Positions 48,667-61,053 of a DNA stretch of 64,000 bases are shown in pieces (positions within the stretch are counted from its first letter, which is position 1; every line of letters begins with the position of its first letter). Source of the stretch: Podospora anserina. Lineage: Eukaryota. The stretch lies in NCBI GenBank assembly GCA_017654855.1, contig CM030334.1, positions 3,844,001 to 3,908,000 of the forward strand. Direction: 5' to 3'. The notes beneath the pieces were generated by a model. The model ran no database searches. It was not told the origin of the DNA and was given only the letters and a program-made list of their open reading frames with translations. Position numbers and translations under genes: made by a program.

Positions 48667-48999
48667 GCGTTTTTTTTTCTTTTTTTCTTTTCTTTTTCTT
48701 TGGCCATGTTTGGTTACAGGGATTTCTAGCTGTTGGCGGTATAGTCAATCAGTTTGTGTATGTTGTTTTTTTCTTGTACATTATTTCTGCATGGTTGTGA
48801 TGGGCTGGTACATATCTTGTATAGGATTATTTGGAATATGAAATAGTATTTGTCAAAACTCTACCTCTAATCTTTGCATTCTCCTCATTTCCCTTGTTTG
48901 AATCACTAATGTCGTCTTTTAGGCTGCGTACCTACCTTGAGCACGTAGCCCGCTGTGGGCGATAACTGAACTGCAGGAGTAAAATGTAAGATCACTGTT

Positions 49000-50570
49000 A
49001 GCTTACACCTCTTTGAATATTAAGGGGCCTTCTGACCATCCCTCTAGGCCTACTAACTATCTTATAAAACCTATGAACTATCACTTTAAGGGCCTCTAAC
49101 TATCTCTTGAGGGCTTTGAACAATCTCTTAAGGCCTATTAACTATCCTTCCGGACCTATTTACTATCTTTCAAGGCCTATGAACTATCTTTTGAAGCCTG
49201 TAAAGACCTCGTTAAAAGGGTGCAAGTTTATTCGAGAAGCATGGTTCTACATACTATCATGTACCACCTAACCGGCTTTGCAGTCACCCCACGAAGATTT
49301 GGCTCTATTCTGGGTGTTTTTGCAACGCCATATCCGGCGTGGTACTTACCACAGTTGTTTCTTCAAGGGGGTTGGGTAAGACAGTCTCAAAGATGTTTGC
49401 GGTGTTTGAAATTTCGTCGTGTCGAGCACGTAGCCCAAGGCGAGCTCTTCCCAGTTAGCATGCTTACTCGAACTCGGCTCTCCCCCCAGTACAACTATGT
49501 GCTTCCCGATGACAACCATGGAGTGCCCGCTGCGGGGCGAAGGAAGGCCGTCCATGTTTTAGAGCGAGTCACGCCAGCGACGCTCCGCCATGTCAAAGAT
49601 CCAAAAGTCCTTGAGATCCTCGCCCATCTCTGATCGTCCACCACACACACACATCTTGTTTCCCCCCACAGCTGCCGCGTGACCCTCGCGCCTGGTCGGC
49701 CTTTTCCAGTGCCTGGTATCAGTGGGTATGTGTTCCCATCTGTTGGTTTCAGGCTCGTAGCTCCACATATCGTTGTACCAGGTGTAGCCGTCGGTGCCGC
49801 CGAAGCTAGGTCGCGTGGAGCCTTGGTTAGGATTGCGATTTTTGGGTCGGGGGATAGAAAGCTACGCACATATGCATCTTAGTATTCCACACCACAGTGC
49901 TGTGGTTGGTTCTCGGCGGTGGTGCTGACCTCTCGTCATCTGAGGGTTTCGGCTGTACCCACTGGAGGAGTTCCAGGTCAGTTTCGTTGCGGGAATAGCC
50001 CTCAATCTGCCCGCCAAAGATGACCAGGAACGACCCAACGAGGGTTAAGCTATGTCCATAGCGCCCAGGCGGCCGGGAAACACCAAAAAACGCGCTGGAG
50101 ACGGGAGCTACGCACCAGTGGCATGTTTCTGTTTCCCTTGGTTAGTAGCCCTGACATGAATGAGTACACACACAGGGATGAGAGTCGCTCGCCTCGGTCC
50201 ATCATGTACTGGTTGTTCAGTGTCCGTTTCTTCGATCTTGGCATTACCTCCCCGCAGACACAGAGCATTGCTGGCGAGAACACAGCAGTGCTCTACACGG
50301 GCACTGGGTTTGCGGGCCGACGCAGCGATGGGGATGCAGCGAAGCTCTGAAGACGCTTGGAGTTCGATGTACCACATGTCAGCGAGAACCCGGCGTTCAT
50401 CTAGCATCAAACCACCCATGAGGTATGCGTGGCTTACAGACCCAGTTAAATCCGACCAGTGAAATGCAAACCGCTGAGAGGAGAGCCCCAAGAGCCTATG
50501 CCCGGGGCTGGTGAGCTTGGCAGTGCCTAAACCAGCGCCACCTTTCCACGTGCCAGGCAGGTTTATCACA
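49000..50570 (-). pseudogene. Degenerate Tea1/Kel1-like kelch-repeat gene with a RIP-like heptad tail
   Basis: Blades AYLMGGL...DMWYIE, RPPGRYGHSLTLVGSFLVIFGGQIEG, PPPRTNHSTVVW...FGGTDGYTWYNDMWSYEP, REGHAAAV...GGRSEMGEDL and PSPRSGHSM...LGGEPS...YVLDTTK. In-frame TAA at 49559-49561 and a frameshift near 50220. Confidence 0.85.
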
Positions 50571-50938
50571 CAGATTAAGACTTTCTTTGCCGGAAAACCC
50601 GTTTCTCGTCACGCGTAGCTTTTGAATCTATCACACATTGATGGCGTGGAAGCCAGAAAATTGTCCCAAAGTCTGATCATGTCTTCGACCAGTACAAAGC
50701 GTGCTGTCAATCTTCTTCCAATCCTTTGCTCACCAGTCTACCATCATCTACATCTTAAAATAAACTTATATTTCCTGCCCCCTATCCTACCAACCGACTA
50801 AAACTATAACGCTATTATTAAAAAACCCTGACCGGCCGAATCCGGTTTGGAGGGTCTCAGGTCGTTTGAGTGGCGGATGCTTTATTTTATCGAAGCATTC
50901 GGTCTTTTCACAGATCCAGAGAGGTGACCTAGTTACAG

Positions 50939-51370
50939 GTGCTGACCTTTCTGTCTTGTACTAGACCTCCTCCCGACCCTTCCACAACGCCTTGCGAGCC
51001 AGGAAAAGACATGTCAGATATCATCGCCCGAATCATCGTGCGTGACGAGCAGGTTGATCCGAGGCTATCAATACGTACCTACCAGTTTGAAACACCGAAA
51101 TGGTCGCTATGGCAAAGGCTTCGCGGGACCGCCATTTGTGAATGCAGGAGCTTCTGGTATTGGAATGTCCTGCCGAGACTGGACGACCTGCGGATATCGC
51201 TACAAGAGTTGGTAGGAATGGAGGGACGATACATTAGACCGTTTCTGCGTCGTATGCTTCACGCAAAGTACGAGGCTGATTGGGCTCACAAAGAGTACGA
51301 AGGTGATTGGGATCACGAAGAGTGGAGTGGAGATTGTGATCAGGAAGGTGATTCTGATTGGTCATTGTAA
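50939..51370 (+). CDS. Possible last exon of a small hypothetical protein with an acidic Trp-repeat tail
   Basis: Protein-like ORF after a ctgac...tag acceptor; tail YEADWAHKE-YEGDWDHEE-WSGDCDQE-GDSDW. The upstream exon is unclear. Confidence 0.35.
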   Translation: MLTFLSCTRPPPDPSTTPCEPGKDMSDIIARIIVRDEQVDPRLSIRTYQFETPKWSLWQRLRGTAICECRSFWYWNVLPRLDDLRISLQELVGMEGRYIRPFLRRMLHAKYEADWAHKEYEGDWDHEEWSGDCDQEGDSDWSL

Positions 51371-51955
51371 TTGGGGACTGAGGGGTTGGTTTGCATATAG
51401 AAGCAATTTACAGACTTGTCTTGATCTTAACGCAACCTCCTGATTGCCCTAGAGATTCAAAGATCGACCTGGTATTATTTTCACCCATCATGAGGTTCTC
51501 TTTGGAGAAGCGTAATTCTAACTTTGAGGATATGCGGGGTCCGAAGCTCAACTTCAGCCTTTTTTGTTAGACTTTTTTCGCGTCTGCAAAGTGGACATAG
51601 GGAGCCTGAGGCTCGTGACTCTACTGTACAGAAGCCTATCATCATGGAAATGACTTTGATACTTTGGGTGGTGTTAAGGGTTAGCCATGTGGGTCAAATG
51701 GTGGTTTTGGGTTTGACACAGATGGATGTGTGAAACCTAATACTGCGCTGAACTCTACCTTAACCGTTTGTTAAATTATTACCTTCACGATTCATTTTTA
51801 TTTCTTGATTCGTTTCTCCCTTGTCCCTCAACCATCATCATCATATACCATTTGTCAACGACAGCCAGTAGCCACTCCCTCGCGTGCAGACGATATATCT
51901 GAAGTCAGCGTCCTGACCAATCACCGCTCACTAAGGCCAGTCGGTCGTCTACAAA

Positions 51956-53042
51956 ATGACTATCTTGGACAAGTTCTCGCATCGGGTACAAAAATCGTCG
52001 TTGAATATCCTCCAAAGACTTCCTAGGCCCTGCAATGTCTTCTCGGAGCACTTGGTAAAGGAGGCACAGCCAGAAGCGGTTGCTCAAATACCAGAGGGCG
52101 AAGAGAAGGAATGCCTCGAACACGAGCTGGAGGATAGTGAAGAGGAATGGGTACGCAGGTGCCAGGTAAGACTCCATGTAACGCCATGCGTTGATTGTGG
52201 TATCATTATCGGAATCTAACAGGCCTACCTACAGGCAATCCACCGGGATGGCGGAGCGTGTAATATAGAGGCAGTTACCTGCAACTTCCACTGTCAGCAC
52301 CACGAAGAACTCAGACAAGCACTCCAGCGACAGATCAACGAAGGTAAGGAGAGGGTCGAAGGGTGCTATCAGAGACTGCCTTTTGAAGAGTTGGAGAGCG
52401 AGCACTTCCCGGGTGGAAGCGGAGAAGCCTTGGAGGCTCTCAACTTCCACAACTCCGTCATCGCCCGCCGCTACCTGGTCACGATGATATTTTACCCCAA
52501 CCCTTATCCTACGTGGTGTGAACCCGAGGATGGCCACTTTCAATACATCCGCTCTCTGCAGTGGCGTCGGGACGCACTGGTTGATTTCGTGCGGGAGCAG
52601 AGGGAGAAAGAGGGCTTCGACCTTTCTGCGTACAAGTCGGTGGAAAGATGGGTTGCTGATTTGGCTGAAGAGCATCATCTCTTTGACCAGCCTGAACGGT
52701 AAGTGGATGACTGCACCCAAGTTCTCGTGCCCGTCCAATGTCAAACTAATCTAACGACTGTGGTTTTCTAGGGACTTGCCAAGAGAAGGAATGGAATATG
52801 GCTGCGATTCGAAGGGTGTTCTCGCCAAGATTGTGGAAAGAACCCACGAGCATGATCCCCGCCAGGAGAAACCACAAAAGCCGAAACCATACGTGCGGAC
52901 AGAAGAGGAGTGGAATGAGTGGATTGAAAAGACGAATAGGGAATATTGTCTTGATACTAGCCGTGACGAGGAGGAGGCTGCTAGACAACTTGAATGGGCC
53001 GAAGAATCGGTCGATTTTGTGCCAGATGAAACTCCCTGGTAG
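51956..53042 (+). CDS. Uncharacterised protein of about 314 aa with a Cys/His zinc-knuckle-like motif; exons 51956-52165, 52235-52698, 52772-53042
   Basis: Two canonical introns (gtaag...ctaac...ag) join three ORF pieces into one open frame containing RCQAIHRDGGACNIEAVTCNFHCQHH. Supported by a paralog at 54410 with the same intron sites. Confidence 0.75.
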
Positions 53043-54409
53043 AGGCCCGATGGCTTCTGGAGTGCTGAACACACACCTTGGATAACATGTTGAATGCATT
53101 CTTTGCGTTTACTCTTTCTGACATATTATACATTACAACCTCACTTTGCTGTTTTGCTACGATTGAGCTCTGGCTTAGGGGCTTTGGCCTTTTTTTTTTT
53201 TTCCTGACAGGGTGTGTTTGGAAGATTCCAAGTTGTTCAAGGTTTGACAGCATTTTTTAACGTTTTTGTTTCAAACTATTGGGTGAAGATTTTCTCGAGT
53301 TACCAATAAACATCCTGAAAATCTTGATGTGCCTCACAAGTCGTCCGTCCATGTCCCGTCACATTGACCGATTGAAATTTTACTCTGTCGCATCAAGCTC
53401 AGGGTCCAAACATCATTATGGTTGCAACTATAGACTTTCCACCTCATCTATATCCAGTGAACTCTATGATTAATAAAGACACATTACGAAGACATGTGGC
53501 CTCAGAATCCCGCGGGTATTGCACTAGACAAACCTTCACTTGGCTTTCCGGTGGCTTCGCAATCTGGTTGGGCGTGCATGAGAGTTACCAGACACATTTA
53601 AGTTAGGAGAGCATGACGGACCCAAACACCTCGTTGCCTGTCGAGCAACTAAGACATGGAGAAGGCCCATTGTTGATCACGAAGTCATTGGTGATGATGA
53701 AGATTTAGCAGTGACAGTTAGCTACCTTACCTTATATTTATATGTTTTCCGTACAGTATTTCGGTCCTAGTATTTGTTGCTCAAACTTTCAATTAGTAGG
53801 TACTATAGCTTTTTAGACCAAGCCATTATTGACAGTAAACCTAACAGAAGAGGTCTCTGGCTAGTTTCCTTGTAGGGACTGATCCTGTCTTGGCTTTTGT
53901 CGTGGAAGAACAGCATCACACCTCTGAACTGAGCTAGGTAGGGATCGATTCCATATATCAACTCACGCTTATCAACTTGGGTTTTTATGCCGGACGGAGG
54001 TCGGGTGACTGCTTATGATGGTGGTTGGACGTACGATATTCACTGAGTATCAACCGCTATTCATCAAGCATTCACTGCAAGCCAGGAAGAGCATACTCAT
54101 TATAGTTCAACACATATACAACGCTTTCAGGCTTATTTGCCCCACAGATATATCACAGGTGCCCCCAACCTAAAATTCCCTTCGATTGGTTTGGCATGGC
54201 TAGAGCCTAATAGTATAGATATAAAATAACCTTTTTCATGAAGCAACTGTCGGCGTTCTCTCTCTTTTCTCTCCCACCTTCTCTTTATTCAGCTGCATTC
54301 TATCAGTATTACTTGCTAGGTCACTTGTATCACTAACTCTAACAAGGAGTCCTTCACAAATCAATTCCCGTGAACTCAAGACCACGTACAAACCAGCTGG
54401 GACACCAAA

Positions 54410-55071
54410 ATGGCCTCCGAAGACTCGTTCCCAAGCGATAAATGCAAGGTAAGCTTTCCCGCCTCCACACGGTACCTGGACCAATACTCTTATCATTCAC
54501 AGGCGCTTCACAAAGACGCTTTTCGCTGCGAGCAGCCGACAGCGTCCGAGTCTCCATGGTGTCATAAGCACCAAAGGCAGAAGATGTCATCTACGGGTTG
54601 ACTTAATAGCACAAGGGGTAGGTTAATACTTACGACTACCTTAAGATCTCGCCTTTAAATAATCCCGCGCATGCTGGCGAGGTACTTACCTTCTATAACC
54701 AAGTTATTGCGTTAAGGATCCTTACGTCTATCTGCTTCTTCCCTTCGGTGGAGGGAATTGATCGTGGCCACAATATATGGCTTACCCATCTGGGTCGCAG
54801 AAGGGACAGCGCTATGTTCGCAGCTAGGAAGTATCGTCTGGAAGGCCTCTCCGTCGATCTGGAACCTTACATCTCAGTGAGCGAGTGGATTCAGCGCCTT
54901 AGACAGCAACATGATCTTCTCGAGGATCCAGATCGGTAAGGACCATTGTGATCCATAATCCTGTTTAGTTTTGATATAGTCACTATTTTGGCCTCCAGGA
55001 ACCGTGAAGATGCAATCCCATGGGAGTGTCAATGGGTGGAAGATGATCAACGAAGTCCGTTTCCTTGGTAG
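54410..55071 (+). pseudogene. Pseudogenised paralog of the 51956-53042 gene; introns 54449-54502 and 54936-54998
   Basis: KCK|ALHKDAFRC...WCHKH, EVLTFYNQVIALRILTSICFFP and GH...RRD...DLEPYISVSEW...HDLLEDPDR| align with the neighbour. Frameshift near 54580 and stops at 54604, 54607 and 54619. Confidence 0.75.
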
Positions 55072-56220
55072 TTGGATCAAGTACGAATACCACGCTACCG
55101 TGAAGCCCACCTTCGTCGTGTTCTCCGGTCTATGGGTACTTGCTTCAAGCGCGAGAAAATAATAGAGAGTTGGTACGAGGCAGTGGAAGGGGATTGGGGA
55201 GAGACAAAATAAGGGGATTGGTAGCGAGACTTGGACGCGTGAGTTAGGTACAAAAAAGAGCAGGACAGGCAAAGCACAAGGAAAGCACTCACTTCACAGA
55301 GCTATCCTAGTCTGGTAATACCTAACTTCAGGTGGTTTCTGCCTTTCAGTCCAGCCAGCTCTTTAGCTAAATCCAAAAGTCAAACCCCAACATGCTTTTA
55401 TTCAGCGCCGCTGTGCTGTTTGTGCCTATGCTCTCCACTATATCTGTATGATCTGGTGGATGGATTTGTTGTCCCTCATTATGGCCCCCTGAACCCCTGA
55501 ATTGGCTTGGCACAGATACGAGGACCCTACCCTTGAGACAAGAAACTGCAAGCAGTGCAGGGTATAACGGCTCCATTAATGTGGTTGTGATGTTTGATAT
55601 CTACTCGTTTAAAATGATCTTCAAAGTCAATCGGGATTTCTCCTTCTGCATGGGAGTGGGTTGGTCACAGCATCCAGCCATGATGATGCGCTCGGCCGTA
55701 ACTCCCATCCTTCCTTCCCAGCCGTGTTCTCATCCCGTTTTGGGCTCCCCGCCTTCGTCATCGTCTGCGGGGCAGGGGCAGGAGAAGCCACTGCCAGGTG
55801 GTCTCAAACACCTGATGACCGGCATGACCCACCCATTCCAACAGTTGGGGAGCACGACAAAGAAATGCCTGAGAAGGCGTCGGTTAACTGGGCAGTCCGG
55901 TGAAGTAATCTCCCCATATTATTGAGTCGTCCCACCTGAGAATGATAAGACTCGCTCCACAGTCTCCGGACCGGTGGCTCTGGCACGACTTCCTGAAATC
56001 CTCGGCCAATCTAAGCAGCTCTGACATCAGGAGCTACTTCATGTTGCTCCGCTGCGGGCCGGGATGCGGATACTCAGAACTTTCATGAGGCCGCAGAGGC
56101 TCTTCAAGTGTGAGCACTAAAGTCCTCTTGTCTTCTTGAACTGAGAAGGGTTATTTTCCCATCAACATACATCACCCAGAACCACAACAAGTAAATCACA
56201 CCAAACAACAGTCGCATCTC

Positions 56221-57266
56221 ATGATCTCTTCCAAGATCGTCTCCTTCCTCGCCGCCGCCCTCGGCGCTGGCTCTGCCCTTGCTTCAGCTATCCCCGCTCT
56301 CGAGAAGAGACAGCGTGCTCCTGGCGCCAGCATCACCTACTACAAGGATGAGAATTTCCAGGGCGACAAGCAGTTCTTTGACAAAGACCGCAAGGATATG
56401 CAGTGTTGTACGTATCTCCTTCTTCTCCGCAACTCCCTTCATTGGAGTCTTCACTGACGATGAGTTTCTGCAATAGACAACCTTCCCAGTGACTGGCAAA
56501 ACACCATCAGCTCCTACACCAACCACAATCAGGTGGACTGGTGCTGTAGATGGTGGACGTGGGTAATCACGGTAACTTCTTGGGGATAACCACGGTTTCT
56601 GAATTGTTGCAGTGAGCTCGACTGTCCCGAGAAGTCGGAGCCCTTGAGCACCCAGACGGCCGACGCGCTGGGTGCCGGCAAGTGGAATGATGCAATCAAG
56701 TCGTATCGATGCGAAGCCAACGCTGAAGAGTTCTACTACAACCCACGTCCCGTGGCGGAGCGTGATGCCGAGCCTGCCATGCCTGAGCTGGAGGTGAAGG
56801 CTCAGGACAACGAGGGCTATGGCAGCGTCACCTTCTGCAAGGACCCCCTGTTCCAGGGCGAATGTTCCAGCTTTGGTCCCCCTGACAAGACTCTGCCTCT
56901 CGGCTCTTGTGGTGAGTGGTACGCCTTTGTGCCTGTAGCTTTGAAATGCTAACACATGTGCCCAAAGTCAACTTTGCCGATGAGTGGAAGGATGCCATCG
57001 ATTCGTTCAGAAACGATGATAACAGCACCTGCTGCTCCTGGTTCACGTACGTAATACGAATCATCTTTGCTGATCAGCACCAGTTTCCTCTTTTTGTCAG
57101 CTAATCATCTTGTCTTAGTGGGCTCGACTGTGATGACAACCGTTTCCAGGCCACAGTTGCCACCAACATTACCGACACATACTTCCACGACCGCATCAAG
57201 GCAATCACATGCTGGGATGTCGCGGATACCGTGAGTTGCATGCGTGATGACTCGCCTGCCAAATAG
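56221..57266 (+). CDS. Secreted Cys-rich protein with two tandem beta/gamma-crystallin-like domains; introns 56408-56476, 56559-56612, 56912-56967, 57047-57118 (3' end uncertain)
   Basis: Signal peptide plus LEKR; Greek-key motifs YKDENFQG and CKDPLFQG; NTISSY, NDAIKSY, KDAIDSF and HDRIKAI; four canonical introns keep the frame open. Confidence 0.8.
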
Positions 57267-58215
57267 GCTACCGCGGCATTGGAGAGATTGAAGGGTGCAC
57301 CCAGCGGGACATGAGGTGATGGAAGGGTCTGGTACGGGGACGATAATATCAATCACATGAGGTGGCATTGAGACTAGGATCTAGATACTCTACCAGAGGT
57401 AGGGAGCTATCTAGACAGGGAATCGTAATCAATTTCGAGATGTCCAATGTCTGTCCACACTTGTTCTTAAGCACCGCAAATAGAGGCACAGCATGCTTAT
57501 TTTCCATGCGGTGGTTGGCGCTTGCATTCCGGTTGGTCTCTTTTCACGCGGGGCTGTTGTTGGCCCTTGAAGATAACAACTGCGCCTCACCGGTGCAGCA
57601 ACTGGGCCGCCAGAACCCCGCTGGTTGTTGGGATGATTTCAGATGCGGCGGGTTTCAAACGGGGGTACTTGTTTCAAACCAAGTACCGGCCTGGGCCCGA
57701 CAAATGCAAATGGACTTTTGTTCACTGACGTCAAGGTCGTGTTGTGGTCTTTCTCGTCGGAGGACAAAAGCACTCTGACAGACGACCGGTCCATCACCCG
57801 CTGCCCACTTCAAGGTCACCCAGCCGGTTTTCACTGCCAGTGCATAAACGAGTATTAGCAGATTTGCGTGCCCTGCATGGCTTGCACTAACAGGGCTCCC
57901 AGCCAGAAGCCTCTGCTGTCCCGTTTCAGACCTCACGACCCCAGACTGCCGAAAGATGGCCACGATCATTCACACCTATTCAGCCATGCCCGTCTTGGAG
58001 CATGGGGACCACGATGGAGTCACCCTTCTGGCATCGACTTCAACCACTGTCAACATTCCCATATAAACAAACGGGCCTCCTTCCCCAGACTGATCGACGC
58101 ACATCTCGAAAACAAAGCAGATCAGGAAAAATACTAGAACATCATCAAGTATTTTGCCCTGTTATTCCCTTCGTTATTAACCCACAAACATCCTCGACTC
58201 GCATTCAACAGTATC

Positions 58216-59393
58216 ATGGACGTCGAGTTCAAGCCCAACAACAACTCCATCACCAGCGAATCTGCCCCACTGATCGAACCTGTCGATAGCGCCAGTGACC
58301 AGGACTTGTTCATGGTTCCCTTGAAAAGACCTTCTCCCAAGTTGCCGTCGTCTCGTTACAGAAACGTCCGCCCTCGCTCGCCTCCGCGCCCTCCAGCCAC
58401 TCTCAAAAGAACGCCCCAACTACCCACTGGGGAGCAGATTAATCAACTCATCGCCATGGCTTATCAAAGTCCACCTCTGTCAGAACGTGCCGGTGATAAG
58501 ATGGACGCCATCGTCAAAACACCACCAACAACAATGTTTGGATCGCCCATGATGTCCCCGGAACAGAACCAAGGACCATCCCTCTCCATGGTTTACCACA
58601 GTCCCCCCATGTCGAGCCGAAACATCAACGACAACCTCAACAGCACCGGTGCCAACTCCACTCCCGCCATCGGCGGTATTTTGTCACCCAACCCGAGTGA
58701 CGACAACCACCACCCGGGAAAGTCATCCCCCAACATGGCCTCCACGACAAACGACAACCCCACCACCGCCCGCAACACCTCCCGTTCTGCCTCCCCCCAG
58801 CAGTCCACCAAAGCATCCTCTGTATACGACGCCCCCGACGACAAGAAGGAAGCCCAACCAACCACCACGACTCAACTCCCCCTCCCATCCCACCCCTCTC
58901 CGCCTCCCGTCCCGCCCCCTCGAGGCCTTACAACCTCTCCCTAACCAAAGCCAACCTAGGCCTCGCCCTCCAACTCAACCCAACCCAAGACAGCAACCTT
59001 CTGGCCCCACCCATCGACCCAAACTGGGCATTAAACCCTGACTCTCCCATGGAGCGCGCCTCCCAGATGCGCGCCACCCCCGACAGTGCTTATGACAGAG
59101 CCAGACAGATGGAGATTAGGCGCTCGGAGTGGAAGCACATCGTTTATCGGTTTCCTGTCAAAGGGTCGGGGCACTGGGTGATTGATTGTGACTTGACCGA
59201 GAGCAGCCACGCCAGGCTGAGCGATGTCGCAGGACGGAGCTCGGAGGGGTTTGAGTGGAATGGGGATTATGAGCTGGCGAACATTTATAGGGTGCTGGCG
59301 CAGGCGCATAGGAAGGTGGGAGAGGAGATGAGGATGGAGAGGATTGGAGAGAGGAAGAAGGGTGTTACTGTGCAGACGGCTGTGGCGGCTTGA
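58216..59393 (+). CDS. Pro/Ser-rich hypothetical protein, apparently one gene split by a 1-nt frameshift near 58890-58920
   Basis: The 58216-58944 ORF overlaps an open frame (SRPYNLSLTKANLGLALQLNP...DSPMERASQ) that runs into the 59049-59393 ORF. No intron is evident. Confidence 0.5.
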
Positions 59394-59916
59394 AGGGGGA
59401 GGTTTCTTTTGATGGGAGTTGATTAGAGCATTGCGATGGTGTTGGGGTTTTGCTATTCTTGTTTTGGTATTTTGTAGTTTTGGACGGTTTTGGATTCAGG
59501 TGTAATTGGAACGATGGAGGGGAAGCTACATAGGATACAATGCTTAAGCTTGGTTGATCTCAAGCAAGAATATCAAGCAAGATGAAAAGTAGTTTTTGAA
59601 TCACACACGCTGTTGTAACACCGGAATCTGGACACAATTCGTCATGTGACTTCTCACGGGTTTATCTGTCCTGAATTAGGTAGAGCTTAGGACTAGCTCA
59701 TCTTCGGCTCCAGTCTATTCACCTCGCTCAGAGACTGCTTAAAGTCTGCTTACCTCGCTTATAGATTATTTAGAATTTACTTACCCTACTTAGAGCTAAT
59801 TTAAATTATGTTGAAATAGGTGCTATTGAGGCCTGTAAATACAGGCTCAAATAGCTATCGGCGCAGTACACTGAGAGCGAAGAAGACTTTGACTGCAGCA
59901 TTCGACAGTTGCCGGG

Positions 59917-60313
59917 TGTGACGAACCCCTATCCAGAACCTCTGAAAGGGACACTGGTTGAAGGCACTTCTGAACAATCCTAGTTCGGTACAGCTAAACA
60001 GTGTACAATAATGGCTTGTCTCAATCACAACAGTTTAGATACCAACGATTGTGACTTGTATTACATACTGCGGAACTGTCTATCTACACCAGTCAGTTTC
60101 TTCGTATATATAGACCTCGGGACCGTGAGGTGCTCGCCCTGCTACGGCCCCGATCACCCTTAGCATCTTGCATCCTGCAAGTGCTCGTGAGCCTTGGCGC
60201 CATAGCACTTTTGTCCAACTCTGATTGGCTGTTCCCTGACTTCCTTAATGATTGGGCTGGGGACGTCCTGCGCCCCACATGTGGCGCGGCCTGCTGTTGG
60301 GTTAACTGTGACA
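59917..60313 (-). repeat. LTR copy 1 (397 bp, TG...CA)
   Basis: TGTGACGAACCCCTATCC...TTAACTGTGACA; the first ~135 bp closely match 61985-62120. Confidence 0.85.
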
Positions 60314-60554
60314 TAAACTCGGTTATCGATTTTACTACTGTTGGAAATACCCTCTAAAAGCTAGCAGAACGAAGGTAACGAAAAAGGACGATTAGAGACG
60401 ATAGGATCCTCTGTCGGACGGTACTACTAGTTAAAACAGTGGTGAAATTATCGAAATACTGATTAGAGAAGCTTAAAAGGGACTTTTAACCTGTTGTACG
60501 TCCGCAGAGATGTGTAATAGTCAATGATATTTTTAGATACTTTTACAAGCAGCT

Positions 60555-60898
60555 TGTCACAGACCAACCATATAGCAAGGCAGAGTGGAGACTGCAGCAA
60601 GCCGTGGTGGCCAATCAAGTGAAAGACAACGGCGGGGCTGCAGGACAGTGGGGCGCTCACTTGTTGATCGAGGTGAGCCAGGTACGGAGGTACTTAGAGG
60701 ATTGAGGTCTATATATACGGAGGAACTGGCTGGTGTAGACAGACAGTTCCGCAGTATGCAATCACAGCTTGTATTCACGGTATCTTGTGTTTACATTGAG
60801 ACATCTTGTTGTGCACTGTTTAGCCGCACCGAACCAATTGTCAGAAGCAGCCTTCAACCAGTATCCCTTTCAGAGGTTCTGTACAGGGGTTCGTCACA
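60555..60898 (+). mobile_element. Solo LTR (344 bp) in opposite orientation with 5-bp TSD CAGCT
   Basis: TGTCACAG...GGGGTTCGTCACA, flanked by CAGCT at 60550-60554 and 60899-60903. Its 3' ~130 bp closely match the reverse complement of the shared segment of the other two LTRs. Confidence 0.92.
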
Positions 60899-61053
60899 CA
60901 GCTCCGGAGAGCAAAAGCCTTCCTTATCCTTCACCAATAAGCAGGCCTCAGGGCCGAAGCCCTGAAGCAACCTGCTTGAATAATCCGCCGGGAGCAATAC
61001 CTCCCACATTTTTCCTTGTAGCTGACGGCTACGATCTCTATAACCTTTACCCC

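Noticed and set aside
59614-59916. TGTAACA-starting TA-rich segment left of LTR copy 1, a possible truncated LTR of another family
   Set aside because: No partner terminus or TSD is visible; it needs a repeat-library search.
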